64,000 nucleotides of DNA from the human T2T-CHM13v2.0 reference genome, Homo sapiens: assembly GCF_009914755.1 (NCBI RefSeq), contig NC_060935.1; one strand, given 5' to 3'. The notes below the pieces were generated by a model that had not been told where the DNA came from, did no database searches, and worked only from the letters and a program-made list of their open reading frames with translations. Below, piece by piece: positions 55,046 through 64,000 of this stretch (position 1 is its first letter; each line of letters opens with the position of its first letter). The position numbers and the translations under genes were made by a program.

Positions 55046-55958
55046 TTTTTTTTTATGATTTCAACTTTTATTTTAGGTTCAAGGGATACATGTGCAGATT
55101 TGTTGTTGAGTATATTGTGTGATGCTGAGGTTTGGTGTATGGTTGATCCTGTTATCCAAGTAGCTAGCATAGAACACAATACTTAGTTTTTCAACCCTTG
55201 CTTCCCTTCTTCTCCCCTGTCTAGTAGTCCCCAATGTACATTGTTGCCATCTTTATGTTCATGAATACCCTATGTTTAGTTCTCATAAGTGAGAACATGA
55301 GGTATTTGGTTTTCTGTTCCTGAAATAATTTACTTAGGATAATGGCCTTCGGCTGCGTCCATGTTGCTACAAAGGACAATGTGACTCTTTTCTATGGTTG
55401 TGTAGCATTCTATGGGGTATATGTACCACATTTCCTCATCCAATTCACCATTAATGAGCACTTGGTTTGATTCCATGTCTTTGATATTTTAAATAATGCT
55501 GTGATGAAAATTCAAGTACATGCATCATTTTGGTAGAACAATTTATTTTCTTTTGGATAGATAACGAGTAATGAGATTGTTGGGTCAAATGGTAGTGCTA
55601 AGTTCTTTGAGAAAGCTCCAAACTTCTTCCACAGTTGCTGAACTAATTTACATTTCCATCAATAGTGTATAAATGTTCCCTTTTTTCCAGACTCACCAGA
55701 ATATGTTTTTTTTTTTTTTTTAACTTTTTGGTAATAGCCATTCTGACTGGTGAGAGACGGTACCTCATTGTGATTTTGATGCATTTCTCTTATGATTAAT
55801 GATGTTGAGAATTTTTTCATATGTTTGTTGGCTGTTTGTATGTATTATTTTGAGAAGCATCTGTCCATGTATTTTGTTCACTTATTACTGGGGTTATTTG
55901 GTTTTTGCTTGTCGAATTTCTTAAGTTCCTTACAGATTTGGATATTAAACCCTTGTCT
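55046..55958 (-). mobile_element. L1PA15/16-type 3' end
   Basis: caacttttattttaggttcaagggatacatgtgcag; gatgctgaggtttgg; ccattctgactggtgagag. Confidence 0.85.
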
Positions 55959-57016
55959 AAGAGAAACCAAACTGACTGTGAGAGTAAGCATATACTGGCA
56001 GAGGTAGAAACACACATCAAATCAGCTATTATAAATACAAACAAAATTTATATTTACATGTCATATAAATTTAAATCTTAAAAGTAAACATATAAAATTA
56101 AAGATTACTATATAATTCAACGGTAGAATTGAGTTATCATAAAAATAATCGGCAAATTTGAAGACAGATGGACAGAGATTAAACAATCTGAGAAACAGAG
56201 GAAAAAAAGAAAAGTGAATGGAACCTTTGACAAATCCGGACACCATTAATTGCACCTAGATACATATAATGGGAGTACCCATTATATGGGAGCAAAGAGA
56301 AAAAAGGAAGATGAAAAATTATTTAAATAAATGATGAAAGGAAATTTCTCAAAATGGATGATATATACTAATATTCACATTAAAGAAGCTCAAGGGACAC
56401 CAAGTAGGAGAAACATAAAATAATCCACAACCAAACACAGTACAAACAAAATTGAAACCCAAAGGCAAAGAGAAAATGTTCCAAGTAGGAAGAGAAAAAT
56501 GACTCCTCACAGACAACAGAAATTTAATAAGATAATATACTAATTCATCACTTGAAACACTGGAGGCCAGAAGGAAGAAAATTGACATATTCAAAGTGCT
56601 AAAAGAAAATGAACAAACAAAAAAACCCATAACAACAACAACTGCCCACCAACGATGTTACAACCAGAAAAAAATATGTTTCAAAGGCCCTGGTGAAATA
56701 TAAATATTCCCAGATAAATACAAACTGAGATAAAAAGCTTGTAGCAGACCTATCTTAAAATGGAAGTTTTTTTAGTATTAAAGCATGTTACTCAGGCTAT
56801 ACTTTGCTTACTACATCTAGTGAAACTATGCCTCAGGAATGATAGAGAAATGAAGATAATTCTTGACATTTTAAGTTAAGAAATCAGGAGCAGAAAAGCT
56901 TTTCATAAGCAGATATTCCCTTATTTTCCAATAACTGCATGAATTTCTCTAAACTGAAAGGAAATAATACAAGAGAGTTTCTTGAGGTATCTAGAAAGAA
57001 GAAGAAACAGTAAGCA

Positions 57017-57337
57017 AAGATAATCTCTGACTTATAGTGGTTTGCTTTACCATTTTTCAACTCTACAATGATGTGAATTGCATTCAGTAGAAACTACGTC
57101 AGTACAGTACTCAATAAATTACATGAGATATTCTATACCTTATTATAAAATAGTGTTTATGTCAGGTGATTTTTCCGACCTGTAGGCTAATGTAAATGCT
57201 TTAAGTACATTTAAGATAAGCTAGGCTGGGCCATGATGTTTGGTAGTTAAGGTGTATTAAATACATTTTGCCTTATGATATTTTCAATTTATGATAGGTT
57301 CTTCAGGAGGTAACTCCATTAGTTGAGAAGCATTTAT
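57017..57337 (-). mobile_element. MER47A-like TcMar-Tigger MITE
   Basis: ctgtaggctaatgtaa...gctaggct...atgatgtttggtag...ggtgtattaaat. Confidence 0.7.
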
Positions 57338-58879
57338 ATAGGCAAATACAATAGAATTTTTCTCACCTCTTGAGTTTCCTAAAGTATAGTTGATATATGA
57401 AGCAAAAATTATAACATTATCTGATATAGTTCCAAAGGTAGGAAGAGAAATTAACACAATTAAACTATAAATTAGTGAAAGTAGAGATAAAATGGGGATA
57501 ATATTTATATTTCTCATTTTAACTGATAATATGCCAGTACCAATGGAAATGAAAAATTTATATTGCAATAAATCATGTATCTGTAATCTACTGCCAACAG
57601 CAATCACACAAAAATCTATACAAAAATATGCATTCAAAAATTATAGAGATAAATAAGAGTGACATTCTAAAAATATTCATGTATCCCAGTGTAAGGCAGG
57701 ACAAAGAAAACATAGAAAGTAAAAACAGACAGCATATGGAAAACAGAAAAAAAATGGCCAACTTAACCCCTAACATATCAATAGGTATATTAAATGTAAA
57801 TGATTTAAATACATCAATGAAAAGACAGATTGAAAGAGTGAATAAAACATGATCCAACTATATGCCGTCTATAAGAAACATACTCCAAATATAATGCTAT
57901 AGGCAAAGTAAAAATAAAAGTATGGAAAAATATAAAGCATACAGATATCAACCATAAGAAGGAATAAGTACCTGTATTAATATAAACCAAAGTGAATGGC
58001 AAAGAAAATTACCGGTGAATGAGGACATTATATAATTACAGATGAGTCAATTCACAAAGAAGAGATGCCTGTGTATGTACCAAACAACAGAGCTGAAAAC
58101 ATGTGAATCAAAAAATGATAGACTTTAAATAATAAAAAGACAAATCCAAAATTATGGTTGGAGATGTCTATGTCCTTCTTTTAACTATTGTTAGAGCAGC
58201 CACATGTATTAACAGAGATATAATAGAAAAGTAAAAAAAAGTCACCTACATGAACTTCTAATGATTCATAGACTATTCAAACCCACAACAGCAGAATATA
58301 CATACTATTCAAGGGCCTACAAAATATTAACTAGGATGGATTATATGCTGATTTATTAATTGAGCCTAAAAAAATTAAATGAATTAAGAGAACACAGACT
58401 ATGTTCTTTGACTACAATAGAAGCAAAATAGAAATCACTAATAAAAAGTTAACAGAAAAACCTTCAAATACTTGCAAATCAAATATGTATATATTTAAAT
58501 AATGCATAACTTAGGAAATCTCAAAAGAAATAATAAAATGAATTTAATTTATTTATTTAATGAATGGATGGGTAGGAAGGAGGGAGGAAGTGACGGAGGG
58601 AAGGAGGGAAGAAGGATATCTGTTCTTATTTATAGTTGACATGGTTACTTACATAGGAAATTCCAAGGAATCTACAACAAAATCAAGAACCAAAATGGAA
58701 ATTCAACAAAGGTGCAAGAAATAAGATAAATATAAATAATAAATTCAAATAGATGTGTATGTATATATACATATATGTCTCATTTTAGCTAGTAATATGA
58801 CAGTACCAGTAGAAACAAAAACTTACATTATAATAAATATGTATCTATAATCTACTGACAACAGCAATCATACACACAC

Positions 58880-59313
58880 TATATATATGTGTGTGTATAT
58901 ATGTGTGTGTATATATACACATGTATATATAATATATAATATATATAAATATAATATATATTATATATAATATATATTATATTTTATATATAATATATAA
59001 TATATATAATATATATTATATATTATATATAAAATATAATATATATCATATATAATAATATATAATATATATTATATATAAAATATAATATATAATATAT
59101 ATTATATATTATATATAAAATATAATATATAATATATATCATATATAATAATATATATATATAATATTATATTATATATATATTATATATATATAATATA
59201 TATTATATATAAAATATAACATACAATATATATTATATATAAAATATAATATATATAATATATATTATATATTATATATAATAATATATAATATATATAA
59301 ATAATATATAAAT
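58880..59313. repeat. ~430-bp interrupted (TA)n-rich low-complexity array
   Basis: Read directly; recurring atataatatatattatatat units. Confidence 0.95.
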
Positions 59314-60849
59314 AAGGATAGATGCAATGCTGATAGATTTAATGATTCAGCAGAGTGAAAACAAATTCCCCCCAAATACGTATTCCAATGTAATGCAGTT
59401 CATATAAAAATTTCTGTAAGGTATTTTGTTTACCTATAGACAACATTATCATAAACTTTATATAAAAAGGCAAATGATATAGAATATCTAAACCCATTTT
59501 GAAGAAGAATGAAATGGGAAGAATAAGTCTACCTGATTTTAAGATGTATCCTGTACCAATGGTAATCAAATCTTTGTGGTATTAATGAATAAATTGACAT
59601 GATCTCCAGATCAGTGGAGTAAAATACAGAACCTCTCATAAAAGACTCATAAAAATTGCCTAATTAATTTTTGAAAAAGATGCAAAAACAATTCAATGAA
59701 GGAACATATCTTTTAAACAAATGGTGCTGGTGCAATTTTATATCCATATGCCAAAAAAAAAGGCTTTCTAAATTCACACCTTATATAAAAATTAACCTAA
59801 AATGGATCATGGATTTTAGCATAAAGTAAAAACCAAAAAGCCTTTTGAAAAGTGATAGACATCCTTGGAATGGCAAAGAGGTCTTAGCCTTGGCACAAAA
59901 AGCACAATGCAGAAGAGAAAATTTGGTAAATTGGATTTCATCAAAATTAAAAACATTTACTTTGTGCAAAACCCTACTTAAAAAAAAAAAACAGAACTGG
60001 AGCAAACTATTTAACTACTTGCAAAACATCTATGTGATAAGGGACTAGAATCCAAAATACATAATCAGCACACAAAATCAATTGTAAAAGAAAAAAAATC
60101 CATGTATTAAATGGATAGAAGATATGAATAGATACTTTACAGAAGAGAATACATAGATGACAAATAATCCCCTGAAAAGATATTCAGCATCATTAGTCAT
60201 CAAGAAAGTGCTAAATAAAACCATAATAAGATGTTACTAAATACCTATCCTAATGACTTAAATGAAAAATACCAACAACATGAAATGCTAGTGAAGATGT
60301 GGAGGAACTCTATGATATTAAATTGTATCTCAATAAAGATGCTTAACAAAGAAAGGAAGGAAAGATTGATAATATTTAAATTACCTTTATTATAAAACTC
60401 TATAGGCAGTAAAAACACAAGTCAAAGAGTGGGATGTGATATTTTTAACATAGGAAGGAACAAAGGACTACTATGCATAATATATCAAATATACTAAGAA
60501 TAGGTAAGAAAAAAACAGCACAAAATAAAAATAGGCAACATGCATTTGACACAACAAGAAATTATAATGGGATAAACAAAGAGTTACTTAACTTTAATAA
60601 TAATGGATTTGCAAATTAAAACTGATCAAAATAAATTTTATTGTTAACATAATCTCAAAAATTGAAGTCTTACAAAATGCCTTTTGGAAAAAGGTAAAGC
60701 CATGAATGTTCTTACACATTATTGGTGGGCATGTAAAGCCATCTGTTGCACTTTTTGCAGGGAGGCAATAATCTCAAGATATTTAAGAGAATAGCTGTTT
60801 CCTATATATAGTAACCATTTCATACATCCATATGCTAAAATTTTATATG

Positions 60850-60935
60850 AGGATTAAAGGAGTAGATATTTGTAAAGCACATAAAACAGTGTCTGATGTT
60901 CATTAGGCATGTAACAAATATTAGCTCTTACTATT
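60850..60935 (+). mobile_element. MIR 3' fragment
   Basis: tgaggattaaa...tgtaaagcac...acagtgtctg...aaatattagct. Confidence 0.65.
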
Positions 60936-61193
60936 TATCCTTAAATGTGGTTGCGGTTGTGCCTGTTAAGGATCTCAGAGTGTATGGTATTGCCTTCCAT
61001 CTCTGAATTCTGAAAATATTTTTTTAAAGTAAATATTGAAGCATAAAGAACATTTTTCTTAATGGTAGCACTCAGGTTAGAGGATGTGGTTTATGTCTTG
61101 TGCAAGTAGGCCCACTAGTAATGAAGTCCAGAAAGAAGACAAGCTGTTTTCCAAGTTACGGCACTGTCAAACTTGGGTAAGCATCTCTCTATA

Positions 61194-61526
61194 CAGTGGC
61201 CCCAGTCTTTTTGGCAGCAAGGACAGGTTTTATGGAAGACACTGTTTCCATGGATGAGGGCGGGGCAGAGGGATGGTTAGGGGATGATTCAAGCACATTA
61301 CATTTATCATTAGATTCTCATAAGGAGCACACAACCTAGATCCTTCACATGTGCAATTCACAACAGGATTTGCGCTCCTATGAGGGTCTGATGCCGCTGA
61401 TCTGACAGGAGGCAGAGGTCAGGGGGTAATGCTCTTTCTCCAGCTGCTCACCTCCTACTGTGCAGCCCAGGTCCTAAAAGGCCATGGATTGGTACTGGTC
61501 CATGGTCTGGGGGTTGGGGACCCCTG
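61194..61526 (+). mobile_element. MER1B (hAT-Charlie MITE)
   Basis: TIRs cagtggccccag / ggttggggacccctg; flanking ctctata repeats. Confidence 0.9.
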
Positions 61527-63729
61527 CTCTATAAGACACTCAACAAGAAGCAGCAAAGGGAAATGCAACTTCTGCACAGTTCACTTGAAAGAGGGAAGTG
61601 GAGGAAGCTAAGCCAAAACTGCTGTTTTTTCCCAAATTTATTACTGATTTGAGTCAGACCCAAATAACTCAATACAATCTAAGAGAGGCCAGGAGCAGGC
61701 TGAGGTTCCTATGAAACCAGAGCTTCTTCCTCTAAAAGTAATTGCTTTATTTTTTGTTTGGTGCTGTGTTGGTGTTGTTGAATGTAGGCATTTACCAGGT
61801 TTTCTGCTTGGTGATGGAATACTAGAAACTTCTGATAGCCCTTTTTGTTTTTAACTAAAGGGGAAAGGAATAAAATATCTGATTCTGTTAGTGCAGGACT
61901 CCTGGGGTTGACAAATGTTAACTTAATCAAACACACTGTAATCACAACATATTCATGACCTGATCTTAGTAGGAATACTTAGAGCAGAGTAGGTACTCAA
62001 TCTATCAGCAGTAATTGACAGGTTCTATTTTGGGTTTTCATAATATCTGAAACTTTCTGTATTAGCTTGCTGTGTTAGCAGTTGCTATGTTAGACAGTAA
62101 GCACAGTGACTTCTCAGCACATTTCTTTTTGATTCAATAAGTGATTATTGGATAAATGATAGCAATCTAAACCTGAAAGTTTAAAAGAGAGTAATATAAG
62201 ATGAAAAATAGGATAAGACAAAATTATGTCTACTAACACTTCTAGTTCAGATTTTTAGAATGCATATGTTTCATTGCTGTGGTTTATCAATTTCCCTATT
62301 TCATTGTCTCTTATACATATGAATGATTTACTGACAGGAACAAAAAATGTAATGATTCCGCACAGCACCTCATAAGGGCCTAAGTAAAACTGCGACACCA
62401 TTAATAATTATAGTCAGTATCTCTTCACTTCCTTTTAGGTACCCCATCCCACAGTCCTCAAATTTCATGGAGTATTCAGAGATGGTCCCCATTTCCAGAA
62501 AAACGTTAATGTTCTACTCCAAAGTTGTCTGTTGCTTAAACTATCATCTTTGTGCCCTGCTCTCTGATAGGATGCCTCACCAACAGTGTAATTGTGTGGT
62601 AGTTTAAAATAATAGACTTTAAATAAATGCTCTATCTAGTCCAGGTAGTACTTGCCCTTTAAACAGGGTCTTCAAGCTTTTAAGCCAGAGAAAACTGGAA
62701 TTTAAAGATACAAGCTGGAAGAAATAGGAGATAACTGGGTCAAGGGGCTTTCCTGATATTTCCCATATCACATCCTTGTCAGCAGCTTCTTACTTTATCT
62801 AAAATGAAAGTTGGATCTGAAGAGACTAAGTCCTTTTTGAAAACAATTTTAGGCAGGTAAGAGACAAATAAAAAAATTTGATTCATAAATCACCTATTAC
62901 TAATTCACCTGTTAATAACTCTAAGAGTTTAATAAAAAGTGAAAATAATAAGATCAAAATATATACAAAATTCAGCTTCATAATATGTCATCCAAAAGAA
63001 TGTCACATATATTCATTTGTATCAAGCTAAAAGCTTGCCTGCCTATTAAGACAACACACTATAAATAGCAGGTGAACGTGATTAGGGCAGAAAATCCTAA
63101 ACAAATGAGATCAATAGTTATATATATTTAAGCTGCACTTCTTGCTTTAGATAAATTGTTCTTATCCTAATTAGTAAGATTATTGAGAAGAAACAGTTTA
63201 TCACATGACTCAGTACAGCTTGAGAGGGTTAATACTTTCAGAATGAACAATTCAACTTGTGAAAAAGGTGACACTTTGAATATCAACTGGTAACCAATAT
63301 TTTGATGAACCATATTCAGCCAAAATGTTCGCAACACATTTTGTTTGCCTCATTTTGCTAGGTACTTCATTTAGAGAAGAATGTGATACAACCTCTATCC
63401 TTAGAAAACTCACTTGCTAACAAGAAAACTTTCTTCTAAAACAGCTGTGGCTCCCCCATCACTGATGCCACAGCCACTCAAAACCTCTTTATACTTCTTT
63501 TCAATACTTTAAGTGTAGTTATGAAAAGCTATCTGTCTAAGTGTTGTGGGGACTGACCATCTTCAGGCAAGACTGTGTCATCCAGTTAGGGAAAAATCTA
63601 ACCTGGAGAAGGACAGTATAAGGTATTTACCTGTTGTGTAACTGAAGGCATTAGTCTTAAGGTAGAGAGATTCTCACTAAAAGTAGTACGAAATTGACTC
63701 CAAATTGTAGTCTTAAGTTTTCCTTGCAG

Positions 63730-63816
63730 ACTGGAGAGGAAACTATAGAATTACTGGACAGAAGAGTAGAAAGTAATGTGTCAATTACTGAGTGTGAGGT
63801 GGGAGAGAGATGTTTG
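63730..63816 (+). other. Isolated candidate exon, 87 nt, phase 0-0, open frame
   Basis: ttttccttgcag acceptor; TTG|gtatgc donor; purine-rich; TGEETIELLDRRVESNVSITECEVGERCL. Confidence 0.2.
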
Positions 63817-64000
63817 GTATGCATTTCTTCTAAGCCTAAGCTTATGACAAGAATAGCAAACGCCCACATGCCTGGGCTATTTTTAACCAACTACAAATAA
63901 TATGCCAAGGATATAATGTCTTTTTAAAAAAGAATGTTCTACTCCCTCCCAGATGGTTTTATAGAAATATAGATGTTATGCAATTATCACCATGGTAACC

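Larger units (their letters stand above)
55990..60345 (+). mobile_element. Ancient L1M remnant (ORF1, endonuclease and RT-3' pieces) with nested inserts
   Basis: ggaggccagaagga, attaaatgtaaatgatttaaat, caaatggtgctgg and aaattaacctaaaatggatca motifs. Confidence 0.7.

Overview
Human genomic DNA: it carries an essentially consensus, human-specific AluYa5. The window is AT-rich, CpG-poor and dense in repeats, like an intergenic region or a large intron. I recognise no known protein-coding gene, RNA gene or prokaryotic-type system. The long ORFs in the track come from L1 or Alu elements or occur by chance. Repeats include two 5'-inverted L1PA insertions, two convergent L1s that keep only their 5' halves, four Alus, several solo LTRs (MST, MER34-, MER72- and MER74-like, MLT1), DNA-transposon fossils (Tigger3, MER1B x2, MER47, MER5), MIR, L2 and L1M remnants, and microsatellites. 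Subfamily names are from recalled consensus sequences and need RepeatMasker or Dfam confirmation. The most notable unexplained structures are four. (1) A candidate spliced + strand transcript at ~11-12780 whose splice phases chain into a 141-aa ORF; one exon appears to have been frameshifted by an exact exon+GT tandem duplication. (2) A 317-bp locally templated insertion (37238-37554 copied to 39844-40160) with fold-back junctions, whose ends coincide with an LTR start region and an ATTAAA. (3) An older ~98-bp local copy. (4) Several small template-switch scars.
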